The notes: generated by a model not told the origin, from the letters alone. A stretch of 62,703 nucleotides of DNA, filler included, from an uncultured bacterium (GCA_964637655.1; 13 parts of 13 records of this genome joined end to end with filler, not necessarily neighbours in it), one strand, 5' to 3'; counted from the first letter of the whole stretch, positions 1-9,977 are shown. Numbers and translations are program-made.

Positions 1-214
1 TGTCGCGATACCCGTCGCGGTCGGCCGCCGCCTCGTTGAGCGCCTGCTGTACCGCCACGCGTAGCGCCAGCGAACGCGCCAGCAGCTCCCCGTCGTCCGC
101 CTCCGCCAGCAGCGGTTCGAGCGCACCCGTCAGTTCGACGTACGGCTGCAGGCGCTTCACGTCGCGGTCCATCTTGCTGCCGAAGAGTTTCACCAGCCAC
201 TGCATCAGTCCCAT
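1..214 (-). CDS. secA: Preprotein translocase SecA, N-terminal fragment (runs off window)
   Basis: Not in ORF track. Manual translation from ATG 214 gives MGLMQWLVKLFGSKMDRDVKRLQPYVELTGALEPLLAEADDGELLARS, matching the typical SecA N-terminus. Confidence 0.85.
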   Translation of the reverse strand, partial: MGLMQWLVKLFGSKMDRDVKRLQPYVELTGALEPLLAEADDGELLARSLALRVAVQQALNEAAADRDGYRD

Positions 215-221
215 GGTCGTC

Positions 222-1589
222 TCACGCGGTCGACGGCGCGCGCATCTGCTGCTCACGCAGCAGGCGCACCAGCAGCGCGCGGTCGACCAGTTCCAGGCGC
301 AGCGCCACCGCTTCGCGGATGGCACCTGCCGTGTAGTGCGCGGGGGCAATAAACACTCCGCGGTGCGCCTTTTCCTCCAGCACCTGGCGGTGCAGCTCGC
401 GGATGGGCAGTTCCGCGATGGTATGCGTCCAGCGGCGGACATTGCATACCGCCCGCTCGGTGTGTGTCTCCTTCACCTGCTCGACAAACAGGTCGACGGC
501 CTCGAACGCATTGACCACCGTGCGCGTCACGCGGAAGCCCAGCTGCTCCGCCAGCGTGCCGGCAATCTGCGCGAATTCCTCCGCGTGCAGGTCGAGAAAC
601 CAGGCGAGCACGTCGTCGTCATGCAGCGTGGCAAAATCGTCGTGCAGCAGTTCACGCACCCCGGGGAGTGCCGGGGCCGCGCGGTACGCCTCCCGCGCGC
701 AGGCGCGCGCCTTCTGCCGCTCCCCGAGCGCGCCGTAGCCGAGCGCCAGTTCGTACTGCAGCAGTCCGCGCGCCGGCGCGGCCGCCTCCTGCAGCGCGGT
801 TTCCTCGAGCAGGCGCACCCCGCGCAGCGGTTCACCCAGCAGGCGCCAGGCGCGCGCCAGCAGCGCGTGCGCCTCGTTCGCCCCGTCCTTCGCCTCCTGC
901 ACCGCCGTCTGCAGCAGTTCCGCCGCCGCCTGCGTGTCCCCCTCGTCGAGCAGCAGGCCGCCGAGCGCGGTCAGCGCACGACGGTGCGTACGGCGCAATT
1001 CCAGCAGGCGGCGCAACACCGGTTTGGCCTCCGCCGGCTTATGCAGCGCCAGCAGCGTCTCCGCCTGCCGCCAGAGTCCCTCGTCGAAGTTCGGGCGCTC
1101 GCGCACCACCGCGGTAAAATCGGCCAGCGCCGGCTCCCATTCCCGCAGCTGCAGGCGCAGCAGGCCGCGCTCGAAGATAAAATCGGTTTTGGTGGCCGCC
1201 AGGGTGATGAGCGTGTCGTACTCCGCGATGGCCGCGCGATACTCGCCGAGTTTTTCCGCGGTACGCGCCAGCAGGCGGCGCGCCTCGATGACCGACGGCT
1301 CCTCGTCCAGCGGCCGCTGCAGCAGGAGCAGCAGCCAGCTGCGCGCCTCGCGGTAGCGCTCGCGCTCGAACAGCAGCCCGGCGTAGCGCCAGACCCCGGC
1401 GGTCTGTTCCGGGTAGTCACGACAGAGCAGGGCGAGCAGGCCGAGCGCGGCGCCGATATTCCCCTGCGCCTGCTGTCGCAGCGCCTGCATATACAGCTGG
1501 CGCGGGCGCACGCTGAAATACCAGTAGGGAAGCCCTCCGAGCAACGCGCAGAGCAGCACGAACCCTCCGGCCCAGAACAGCGTCGTCAT
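222..1589 (-). CDS. Membrane-anchored TPR protein with C-terminal Mrr-like (PD-(D/E)XK) domain
   Basis: ATG 1589 overlaps the ogt stop (ATGA). N-terminal TM helix, TPR-like helical repeats, and a C-terminus (EEFAQIAGTLAEQLGFRV...VDL...IRELH...RGVFIAPAHYTAGA...LELVD) typical of Mrr_cat. Confidence 0.75.
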   Translation of the reverse strand: MTTLFWAGGFVLLCALLGGLPYWYFSVRPRQLYMQALRQQAQGNIGAALGLLALLCRDYPEQTAGVWRYAGLLFERERYREARSWLLLLLQRPLDEEPSVIEARRLLARTAEKLGEYRAAIAEYDTLITLAATKTDFIFERGLLRLQLREWEPALADFTAVVRERPNFDEGLWRQAETLLALHKPAEAKPVLRRLLELRRTHRRALTALGGLLLDEGDTQAAAELLQTAVQEAKDGANEAHALLARAWRLLGEPLRGVRLLEETALQEAAAPARGLLQYELALGYGALGERQKARACAREAYRAAPALPGVRELLHDDFATLHDDDVLAWFLDLHAEEFAQIAGTLAEQLGFRVTRTVVNAFEAVDLFVEQVKETHTERAVCNVRRWTHTIAELPIRELHRQVLEEKAHRGVFIAPAHYTAGAIREAVALRLELVDRALLVRLLREQQMRAPSTA

Positions 1590-2080
1590 CGGCGGCACCG
1601 TTGGCAGGGGTTGAGCGGGGCATAGCCCTCGCGGCGCAGCAGGTCCGCCTTGCGCGCGACTCCCGACGAAAAACCGCCGAGTCCCTGTTCCGCGACCACG
1701 CGATGGCAGGGGATGAAGACGGGCACCGGGTTGCGGCCGAGCGCCTGCCCCGCGGCGCGCGCACCGCGCGGTTTCCCGGCGGCAGCGGCAAGCTGCTGAT
1801 AGGTCTGCACCGTGCCGTACGGGATGCGGCGCGTGCGGATGAGCACTTCCTGGGCGAAGGCAGAGAGGGCGGTCAGGTCGACCGGAACCGCGCGCAGCAG
1901 CTCGTCGCCGCCGCCGGAAAAATAGGCCGTGAGCGCGTCGGCCCACGGGCCGCCGTCGCTCCCCGCCGGCCGCGCCGCCGCCCAGCCGGCCGCCGTGACG
2001 ACGCCGCCCAGCACCCGGTAGACAAAATAGTCGTGCCCGCAGCGGACCGCGCAGGTCTGCTCTGCTGCATCGCTCTGCAT
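1586..2080 (-). CDS. ogt: Methylated-DNA-protein-cysteine methyltransferase
   Basis: IPYGTVQTYQQLA, ARAAGQALGRNPVPVFIPCHRVV (PCHR active site). Confidence 0.93.
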   Translation of the reverse strand: MQSDAAEQTCAVRCGHDYFVYRVLGGVVTAAGWAAARPAGSDGGPWADALTAYFSGGGDELLRAVPVDLTALSAFAQEVLIRTRRIPYGTVQTYQQLAAAAGKPRGARAAGQALGRNPVPVFIPCHRVVAEQGLGGFSSGVARKADLLRREGYAPLNPCQRCRR

Positions 2081-2086
2081 GGCGTC

Positions 2087-2115
2087 ATGATACCACACCC
2101 CGTCGGGAGCGTCAA
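2087..2115 (-). promoter_or_regulatory. Sigma70-type promoter of ogt, leaderless geometry
   Basis: TTGACG-17 nt-TATCAT with extended TG, 6 nt before ATG 2080. Confidence 0.65.
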
Positions 2116-2344
2116 AGTTTCCCCTGCCGACTGCAGCCCGGCAGTCAGCTGCAGAGGTTCCGTGTTGGCCTGGCATGTGCTGCCATTGCCCCGGGCTCTG
2201 CGCCATGAGATTGCGCCGGCTGTTGCCGTCAGCGGCCTCCTGCCGGCATGATGACCGGATGCGGCACGCGTTTTCCCGTTGCGACAGGCAATCAGGCTCT
2301 GCCCTGGCTGCCGCGGGGGGAGCGGGCGGCCCCGGGCGCTCCCG

Positions 2345-3274
2345 TCAAACCGGGCGGGGCCCGTCACGCAGTGTTTCGAAGATGCCGTAGAGGTAGCCCT
2401 TCACCTCCGACAACAAGCGGTGCCGGCAGCTTAACAGTACAATCCCGACGATGGCCCAGCCGGCCGCACAGCAGGAAGCGGCCGTAGGCGGGATGTTCTT
2501 GGCAAAAAAGTACAGGTAGTTGCGGGTCCACATCCGGCAATGCTGAAACCGTGCCGCGCGACTGCAGCGTTTATCCTGATGGTCCTTGTGGTAGACAAGC
2601 GCCCGGGGGTTGAAAAAGAACCGCTGGTGCCTGCTGGCCCGGTACGAAAAATCGATGTCATCAAAGTTGCTGTAGCCGGAGAGCCGTTCATCAAACTGGT
2701 ATTCCCGAAACAGTTCGCGGCGAAAGATGTTGACACCGCCGGGCACGAACTCGGTGGCCACCACGCGCTCACGCTCGCACGGCAGGGTGCCCATCCCGTT
2801 GACCAGGAACCTGCCGTCAGCAAAGTGGCCGAGACGGAAAAACCGCTTGAACCGCTGGGCTTTCGGATACCGGGGGGAGAACCCGGGGTCAGCCGTGGGC
2901 AAACCGCTGCCGCCAGCATAGTGTTCGCCCGGCGCTTCCAACGCCGCGACCATCTCAGCCAGATACCCGGGCGCGGTGATAATATCGTCATCCAGAAACA
3001 TGACGTAGGCCCCGGTGCTTTCCCGTATGCCGATATTGCGTGAGCGCGCGAGTGACCCGACTGTGGCCGCGACAACCCTGACCGCCAGTCCCGGGTGCTG
3101 GCCGGCCCAGGCGCGAATCATCGCCGGATGCGCAGGATCGGTGGACTCATCAATCACCAGGACTTCGTCAGGCAGCAGGGTTTGCCTGAGCAACGACTCG
3201 AGCAGCAGCACAACGTCCGCACCGCGGTTTCTCGTCGGCACAATAACGCTGACCCGGGCGCGGACGCTTTTCAC
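2345..3274 (-). CDS. Glycosyltransferase family 2
   Basis: VSVIVPTRNR, EVLVID, RNIGIRESTGAYVMFLDDD, FDERL. Confidence 0.9.
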   Translation of the reverse strand: MKSVRARVSVIVPTRNRGADVVLLLESLLRQTLLPDEVLVIDESTDPAHPAMIRAWAGQHPGLAVRVVAATVGSLARSRNIGIRESTGAYVMFLDDDIITAPGYLAEMVAALEAPGEHYAGGSGLPTADPGFSPRYPKAQRFKRFFRLGHFADGRFLVNGMGTLPCERERVVATEFVPGGVNIFRRELFREYQFDERLSGYSNFDDIDFSYRASRHQRFFFNPRALVYHKDHQDKRCSRAARFQHCRMWTRNYLYFFAKNIPPTAASCCAAGWAIVGIVLLSCRHRLLSEVKGYLYGIFETLRDGPRPV

Positions 3275-3591
3275 CGTCTTACTCCCGCCGGTCCCGGACG
3301 AGTACCGCGGCGTAGCAGGCGCCGGCCGTTCCGGGGGAACACACCGGACCGCGCGGGCACGCCATGACCGAGCGCCCGCGCGCCATATCCACGCAGCGCC
3401 CGGAATCGCGCCGGTACAGGAACGTCATCGGCAGAATGGCCGGCCCGCTCGCCCGGTATTGCATCGCCCCCAAGGTTGATTCGCGCCCATGATACCGGTG
3501 CAGCCAGCAGCCAGAACATTCATTATCACCAGGCCAGGACAAGTTTTCCTGCACGGATGAGGAACATTCCCCGCAGAAACGTGCACTCGGC

Positions 3592-3620
3592 ATGATACAA
3601 CCGGCGGCAGAAAACGTCAA
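3592..3620 (-). promoter_or_regulatory. Putative sigma70 promoter about 310 nt upstream of the GT2 gene
   Basis: TTGACG-17 nt-TATCAT on the minus strand. Confidence 0.5.
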
Positions 3621-3721
3621 TCGAACCGAAAAACGCCCGTTCCGGGCAGGCGGGATGCCCCCTTCTCCCCGCAGCAGCGCGCCCGATTCGCGAAACCGGG
3701 GCCATTTCCTCCCCGGCCGCT

Positions 3722-4893
3722 TCAGCGGCGTCTGATGAACGTGGCCGGTCCGTTCCCGATACACCTCAGCAGAAACCCTTTTCCACGCCGCCACTGCTCG
3801 TGCAGCCAGACCAGCCCGAGCCAGGGCGGGGTAATGGGCAGCACCCGTTCCCAGAACGCGCTTTGCTCACTACGGGCGCGGTGCATCCGTTCAATCAACT
3901 GACGAAAATGGCGGTAGTAGAACAGAATGTGGCGGCGCCGCACCTGCGGCATAGCCAAAACCGTATCCGACCGCTCCGGCGCCCGGGCAAAACCGGGACG
4001 CACCCAGCCCCGGGCGTGACACAGTGCATGCAGCGCGGTGCCGGGATACGGGTGGAAGATGTACACGCCGGCTTTGATCGGATAGAGTTCGGCGTTGAGC
4101 CTGATGGTTGCGGCAATGTCCGCGGGGGTTTCAAACGGCAGGCCGATCATGTTCTGGGAACTGACCACCAGACCGGCCGAAGCCGCAGTCCTAAAGGCGG
4201 CAACAATTTCCCCGTTGGTCATCGTGCGGTTGAGGACGTGCTGCCTGATCCGCGGCGAACCTGATTCTATCCCGATGATGATGCGCGAACAGCCGGCGGC
4301 CTTGAGGCGGCGGGCCAATGCCTCGTCAAAGGTGCCGACCCGTGCATTGACCCAGAAGGGAAGTGCCACACCGGCCTGGTAAAGATCCAGAAATGCTTCG
4401 CACCACTTCCGGTTCAGCGTAAAACAATCGTCGTGAAAGAGAACCAGTTCAATCCGGTACCGGTTCACCGTTTCGCGGACCTGACCGATAGCCCATTCGG
4501 GCGATGGCCAGCGGACATAGCACTGGCCGGGATAGAGGTCACGCAGCGGGCGGTTGCAGCAATAACTGCAGTCATACGGGCAGCCGCGCATGAACAGAAA
4601 CTCCGCCGTGCGTTCACCGCTGGTTCCATCCGGGGTCAGGTTGCGCCGGGCACAAAGACGGTCATAGTCGAACAGTTCCCGTTCAGGATAAGGAAGTTCG
4701 TCGAGCGCGGTCAACAGCGGGCGGAGCGGGTTGCGCTCAATGGTTGCCCCGTTGCGCCACCAGAAATTGGCCAGTCCCGCCAGCGACCGCCCCTGTTCCA
4801 GGCGTTGCAGCAACTCCAGAAAGGCAGCCTCGCCTTCGCCCCGGCAGATTGCATCAAGGGTTGAGAACCGGATTGCCTTGGCCTTCCCAGTCT
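3722..4893 (-). CDS. B12-binding-type radical SAM protein (5' truncated by contig end)
   Basis: RGCPYDCSYCCN (CxxxCxxC), FHDDCF, IGIESGS, MIGLPFET, PYPGT. Confidence 0.88.
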
Positions 4894-4993
4894 NNNNNNN
4901 NNNNNNNNNNNNNNNNNNNNNNNNNNNNNNNNNNNNNTTAATTAATTAANNNNNNNNNNNNNNNNNNNNNNNNNNNNNNNNNNNNNNNNNNNN
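4894..4993. other. Artificial 100-bp contig linker. Also at 9874-9973, 14852-14951, 19773-19872, 24680-24779, 29518-29617, 34345-34444, 39151-39250, 43933-44032, 48686-48785, 53419-53518 and 58076-58175.
   Basis: Identical N-run/TTAATTAATTAA (stops in all six frames)/N-run. The contigs between linkers decrease monotonically in length. Confidence 0.98.
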
Positions 4994-5012
4994 AGACTGC
5001 TGCCGTCCCTGT

Positions 5013-6230
5013 TTAGCTGTTAGGCTTGCCCGGATGCGGAATCACTGCGGCCGGCACGCGAACGCGCAGCGCCACGAAGAAATTGACCGCAGCGATGAGC
5101 GCGCCCATGAGGAAGACGTACTGGTAGCCGAAGAAATTCCACAGCACGCCGCCAATAAGCGCGACGATAATGGAAAAGACATGGTCCAGACTCACCCCCA
5201 TGGTGAGCGCCGCCTGGATATCGGCATGCTGCCGCGCGATTTTCTTCATGTAGGTGGAACGCGCCATGCTCACCGAGAGGAGCATCTGGTCGGCGAGGAA
5301 CATGGCGCAGGTGACGTAGAAGGCCGTGGTTTCGCTGAAGAGCATCCCCGCCAGCCCGTAGAGCGCGCAGACCCCGATAAGCAGCACCGCCTCCGCCGCC
5401 AGCACCGTGCGCTCGCCAAAGCGGTCGACCGCGCGCCCGAGCAGCGGCTGGAAAAAGATGCCGATGATGCCGCCCAGCGTCAGCAGCGTCCCCATCGTCT
5501 GCGTCGGCTGATGGAAGATGGTGACAATCACCCACGGGGCGAAGGTGATAAACAGCTGCTTGCGCGCCCCGAAGAGGATGGCGAGCACGTAAAAGAGTGT
5601 GTACTCGCGGTGGAAGGTGAAGAACGCGCGGCGCGGCGCCGGCGCAGCATCGCGCGGCAGGCGGCGCAGCAGCAGCGCGGCAGCAGTGAAAAGCGCCGCG
5701 GTAAGCAGGAACGACAGCATGAAGTCAAACTGCAGATGGCTGAAGCCGAGCCAGACGAGGAAACTGCCGGCGATGGCGGCGGCATTGCGCACCGAGTTGA
5801 GCTGCCCGAGTCGCGCCCCCTCTTTCCCCGTCGCGGCAAGTTCCATGCCGATGCCCTGCAGCAGCGGCGCAAACAGATGAAAGCCGATGCTGTAGATGAA
5901 AAGCCAGACCACGGTGACACTGAAATTGACGGGGGCGAGCCCGATGAGCAGCGCCCCGAGCGCGCAGAACATCATCGCCGCCGCGGCCAGCCGGCGGCTG
6001 CAGAGGAACCCGAGCAGCGCGGCGATGAAGATGACCAGCATGCCGGGCAGTTCGCGCGGCAGTTCGAGGAAGGAACGGGCAAAGCCGCTGAGCGAGAAGC
6101 GCGCGTCGAGGAAGTTGTTGACCGTCGCGTCCATCATCGCGCAGGCGGCATAGAGCGCGAAGACCGCGACGAGGAAGCGCCGCAGTTCCTGCGCCCGCCC
6201 GCGCCGGCGCGGCGCGTCCGTGACGGCCAC
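5013..6230 (-). CDS. MFS transporter
   Basis: About 12 hydrophobic segments and a GRAVDRFGER MFS loop motif. Likely GTG start at 6230; the longer ORF extension is a shadow of upstream genes. Confidence 0.85.
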   Translation of the reverse strand: MAVTDAPRRRGRAQELRRFLVAVFALYAACAMMDATVNNFLDARFSLSGFARSFLELPRELPGMLVIFIAALLGFLCSRRLAAAAMMFCALGALLIGLAPVNFSVTVVWLFIYSIGFHLFAPLLQGIGMELAATGKEGARLGQLNSVRNAAAIAGSFLVWLGFSHLQFDFMLSFLLTAALFTAAALLLRRLPRDAAPAPRRAFFTFHREYTLFYVLAILFGARKQLFITFAPWVIVTIFHQPTQTMGTLLTLGGIIGIFFQPLLGRAVDRFGERTVLAAEAVLLIGVCALYGLAGMLFSETTAFYVTCAMFLADQMLLSVSMARSTYMKKIARQHADIQAALTMGVSLDHVFSIIVALIGGVLWNFFGYQYVFLMGALIAAVNFFVALRVRVPAAVIPHPGKPNS

Positions 6231-6232
6231 GG

Positions 6233-6565
6233 TCAGCGGTTCCTGACCTTGTATTCGACCAGCTTGCCGGTGAGCAGCGGCTGCACCTCGTCGAACTGCA
6301 GCGCCACGAGGCACTCCGCCGTGCGGCGATAATTGCGCACGACATGCGCGGCGGCCGTGAGTTTCAGTTCGGGAACGCGCACCGTCACGGCCGTGCCGGC
6401 GGGAATATCCCGCTCGCAGCTCACCTTGATGCCGGCAATCGACACATCGACCATGACCCCGCTGAGCGGCAACTGTTTCTCCGGTGTCACGGTCACCCGC
6501 AGGACAAGATGCTCGCGCAGGTACTTGCGCCCGGTGCCGCCCTCGAGCGGCCCGTCCTGCGGCAT
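6233..6565 (-). CDS. Stand-alone PilZ-domain protein
   Basis: RKYLR (RxxxR) and DVSIAG (DxSxxG) c-di-GMP-binding motifs. Confidence 0.75.
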   Translation of the reverse strand: MPQDGPLEGGTGRKYLREHLVLRVTVTPEKQLPLSGVMVDVSIAGIKVSCERDIPAGTAVTVRVPELKLTAAAHVVRNYRRTAECLVALQFDEVQPLLTGKLVEYKVRNR

Positions 6566-6567
6566 CG

Positions 6568-7335
6568 TCAGCCGCGCCGTGCCGGGCAGGCGTCCTGGTA
6601 CGCGCACCACCCGCAGAGGGCCGAGGTCTTCGCCGGGAATTCCGTCGCCGCGCGGATGGTGTCGATGAGCGCGGCCATGTCCGTGCGCAGCTGCGCCAGC
6701 TGCGCGGCGCTGCGCGTCGAGCAGAGCTCGCGGTCATGCACCACGTAGTGCCAGACGAGCGCGAAACCCGGGGCCTCCGGATACTTTTCCTGCATCGCCA
6801 GCTGATAGAGTCCCAGCTGGCGGTCGCGGTCCGCCTGTTCCTGCTGCGGCACATTGTTGGCCGTCTTGTAGTCGTGGATGACGATGATCCCGTCGGGCCG
6901 CCGCGCCACGCGGTCGATATACCCCTGCAACGCGTAATCGCCGCCGGCGAGGGCGACGGCGATCTTCTCCTCGATGCCGAGCGTCTCCTCCTGCGTGAAT
7001 GGCTGGTAGCGCGCGTAGAAGGCGCGGATGGCCGTGCGCCCGATGCTGCGGAAGTCGTCCGCGCGCTTCCCGCGGCGCACGATGCGCACGCGGTCGCTGT
7101 AGTGCTCCGCCCATGCATGCTCGTAGACGTCGATGACCTCGTCGAGCAGCGGCAGCCGCTGCGGCGCCTCGCGGTAGATGAATTCCATCGCCTCGTGGAA
7201 GCGCGAGCCCATGAACGCCTCGATGAACTCCACTTCGCGCGGCAGCTTGTCGAGGTAGGCGTACTTGTACTGCAGCGGGCATTTTTCGAATGCGCCCAGG
7301 CGGCTGTGTGACCAGATTTCCATGGTTTTCTCCAT
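6568..7335 (-). CDS. RecB/Cas4-like PD-(D/E)XK nuclease with predicted Fe-S staple
   Basis: SHSRLGAFEKCP, GSRFH, GYIDRV, HDYKT, C-terminal CGWCAYQDAC. Confidence 0.88.
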   Translation of the reverse strand: MEKTMEIWSHSRLGAFEKCPLQYKYAYLDKLPREVEFIEAFMGSRFHEAMEFIYREAPQRLPLLDEVIDVYEHAWAEHYSDRVRIVRRGKRADDFRSIGRTAIRAFYARYQPFTQEETLGIEEKIAVALAGGDYALQGYIDRVARRPDGIIVIHDYKTANNVPQQEQADRDRQLGLYQLAMQEKYPEAPGFALVWHYVVHDRELCSTRSAAQLAQLRTDMAALIDTIRAATEFPAKTSALCGWCAYQDACPARRG

Positions 7336-7353
7336 AGCGTCAGTATACCATAT

Positions 7354-9240
7354 TCAGCGGGGCGCCAGCTGTTCCAGTTCCGCCCAGCGCGCGTAAAGCA
7401 CCGTTAGTTCCGCGGGGAGCGCCGCGTCGCGCTCCTTCAGCTGCGCGATTTCCGCCGGGTCGAGCCGATGGAAGTTCGCGTCCGCCATCCGCGTGTAGAG
7501 GTCCTGCTGCTCCGTTTCCAGCGCCTCGATGCGCGCGGGGAGCGCCTGCAGTTCGCGCGCCTCGTTATAGGTCAGTTTGCGCGGGCCGGCCGGCTTTTCC
7601 CGTTTCGGCGGTGCCGGTGCCGCTTTTGCCGCCGGCGATTCTGCTGCACGCCGCTGCTGCAGCCAGTCGGCATAGCCGCCCGGGTACTCCCCGACCCGCC
7701 CCTCCCCCTCGAGCACCAGCGTCGAGGTCACCACGTTGTCAAGGAAGGCGCGGTCATGGCTGACCAGCAGCAGCGTGCCGCCGTACTCGAGCAGCAGCTG
7801 CTCCAGCAGTTCCAGCGTCTCGATATCGAGGTCGTTGGTCGGCTCGTCCATGACCAGCAGGTTGGACGGGCGGGTGAAGAGCCGCGCCAGCAGCAGGCGA
7901 TTGCGTTCGCCTCCCGAGAGCATCGACACGGGCGAGCGCGCGCGGTCGCGCGGAAAGAGGAAATCCTGCAGGTAGCCGTAGATGTTGCGCGGCGCCCCGT
8001 TGATGATCACCGTGTCGTTGTCGCCGCAGACATTCTGCGCGACGGTCTGTTCCGGGTCGAGCGTTTCGCGCAGCTGATCGTAATAGACGACTTCGAGATT
8101 GGTCCCGTGGCGCACCGTCCCCTGCTGCGGGGCAAGGTCACCGAGCAGCAGGCGCAGCAGCGTTGTCTTGCCCGACCCGTTCGGCCCGATCACCCCGATC
8201 TTGTCGCCGCGCATGATGCGCGTGGAAAAGTCGCGCACGAGGCAGGTGTCGCCGTAGCCGAAACTGACGCCGTCAGCGGCGAGCACCAGCCGCCCCGAAC
8301 GTTCCGCCTCCTGCGCCTGCAGCCGCACCTGCCCGACCTGCTGCCGCTGCGCCTGTTTCTCCGCGCGCAGTTTTTCAAGCGCAACCACGCGCCCCTCGTT
8401 GCGCGTGCGGCGCGCCTTGATCCCCTGCCTGATCCACGCCTCCTCCTGCGCCAGCAGCTTGTCGAATTTCGCCCGCTGCGTCGCCTCGGCGGCTTCCGCC
8501 TCCTCGCGCCGCACGAGGTAGGTGCGGTAATCGCATGCCCAGCTGCGCAGTGCGCCGCGATCGAGTTCGAGGATGCGCGTCGCCAGCCCCTGCAGGAAGG
8601 CGCGGTCGTGAGTGACGAAGAGGACGGTGCCCGGGTAGCCGCGCAGGAACTCCTCGAGCCAGGCGATGGAGTCGAGATCGAGGTGGTTGGTCGGTTCGTC
8701 CAGCAGCAGTACCGCGGGGCGGCAGACGAGCGCGCGCGCCAGCAGCGTCCGCCGCCGCTGCCCGCCCGAGAGCGCGGCAAAGTCGGCTTCGGGGTCGAGG
8801 TGCAGCCGCGTGATGGCGGTATCGACGTGGCGCCCGGTGTCCCAGCCCCCCGTGCGATCGAGCTGTGCCTGCAGCGCCGCCAGCTGTGTGAGCAGTTTCG
8901 GATCATCCTGCCCGTGCAGGCGGTGGCTCAGCTGCTGGTAGTCGTGCAGCAGCTGCGCCTGCGCGCCCAGCCCCGAGAGGACAATGTCATAGACGCTGCC
9001 GGCGAGCCCGTCAGGCACCTCCTGCGGCAGGAAGCCAATGGAGATGTCCGGAGCGGGCGTGACGCTGCCGCGGTCGGGCGTGACCAGCCCGGCCATGACC
9101 TTGAGCAGCGTCGTCTTCCCCGCGCCGTTGCGCCCGAGCAGCGCGAGGCGCTCGTCCGCTTCGAGCTGCAGGTTGAGCCCGTCGAGCAGCAACGGACCGC
9201 CAAAGGCAAGGGAGACATCCTGCAGACCGAGCAGCGCCAT
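7354..9240 (-). CDS. uup: ABC-F family ATPase, Uup-like
   Basis: Two ABC cassettes (GRNGAGKT/LSGGQ/DEPTNHLD; GPNGSGKT/LSGGE/DEPTNDLD), WIRQGIKARRTRNEGRV linker, C-terminal coiled coil. Confidence 0.88.
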   Translation of the reverse strand: MALLGLQDVSLAFGGPLLLDGLNLQLEADERLALLGRNGAGKTTLLKVMAGLVTPDRGSVTPAPDISIGFLPQEVPDGLAGSVYDIVLSGLGAQAQLLHDYQQLSHRLHGQDDPKLLTQLAALQAQLDRTGGWDTGRHVDTAITRLHLDPEADFAALSGGQRRRTLLARALVCRPAVLLLDEPTNHLDLDSIAWLEEFLRGYPGTVLFVTHDRAFLQGLATRILELDRGALRSWACDYRTYLVRREEAEAAEATQRAKFDKLLAQEEAWIRQGIKARRTRNEGRVVALEKLRAEKQAQRQQVGQVRLQAQEAERSGRLVLAADGVSFGYGDTCLVRDFSTRIMRGDKIGVIGPNGSGKTTLLRLLLGDLAPQQGTVRHGTNLEVVYYDQLRETLDPEQTVAQNVCGDNDTVIINGAPRNIYGYLQDFLFPRDRARSPVSMLSGGERNRLLLARLFTRPSNLLVMDEPTNDLDIETLELLEQLLLEYGGTLLLVSHDRAFLDNVVTSTLVLEGEGRVGEYPGGYADWLQQRRAAESPAAKAAPAPPKREKPAGPRKLTYNEARELQALPARIEALETEQQDLYTRMADANFHRLDPAEIAQLKERDAALPAELTVLYARWAELEQLAPR

Positions 9241-9439
9241 GCACACATCCGGGTATCAGGTTTCGGGCCGGGGGGAACAACCTACGGTTTTCCGCGTCGT
9301 GCCGGGCGCATCGTAGCACCGGTATCCGGCGGCGTCAACGACGCCGGCGCGGGAGTGCCGCCCGGCCGCCTAAACCCTACCGTATTACACCACACTCCGG
9401 GATTGCGCTATACTTCCCGGCACAAGGCGGAGGTGGAGC

Positions 9440-9873
9440 GTGGACGAACAGCAGGCACGGGACTATGTGCGGCACTGCATCACGACGCTGGCGACAGAGA
9501 TCGGGGCGCGCCCGGCGGGAACGGCGGCCAACCGCGCCGCGGCGCAGTTCATCATGCAGGAACTGACGGCGTGCGGACTGACCGTTGAGACGCAGTCCTA
9601 TCCCTGCCCCGACTGGCAGGCGGTGGCCTGCACCCTGACCGTCGACGGCACAGAACTGCCGGCAGCAGCCAATACCTTTTCCCCGGCCGGCACAGTCACC
9701 GCGCCGCTGGTAGCGCTCACGACTGCCGCGCAGGCGGAGGCCACGGATCTGGCGGGACGCATCGCGCTGCTGCACGGCCCGCTGCTCAGCGATCCGTTCC
9801 TTCCCGCCAATTTCAACCGTGCCTACTACACGATGGAGGAACAGGACGCCTTCCTGCGCGCGGTGCTGGCACA
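9440..9873 (+). CDS. PA-domain aminopeptidase (M28-like), N-terminal fragment
   Basis: LATEIGARPAGT..NRAAAQFI and DLAGRIALLHG; truncated by contig end. Confidence 0.65.
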
Positions 9874-9977
9874 NNNNNNNNNNNNNNNNNNNNNNNNNNN
9901 NNNNNNNNNNNNNNNNNTTAATTAATTAANNNNNNNNNNNNNNNNNNNNNNNNNNNNNNNNNNNNNNNNNNNNTTCG

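Noticed and set aside
4894..4993. Regularly recurring TTAATTAATTAA palindrome within N-runs
   Set aside because: Artificial contig linker with stops in six frames; not biological. Adjacency across linkers was ignored.
5013..7118. 701-aa ORF suggesting an MFS fusion protein
   Set aside because: The N-terminal ~295 aa overlap the PilZ and nuclease genes in other frames; the real MFS starts near 6230.
7468..9588. Long antisense ORFs (also 36-1625, 10459-12825, 36483-38036 and others)
   Set aside because: Shadow ORFs expected opposite real genes in high-GC DNA.
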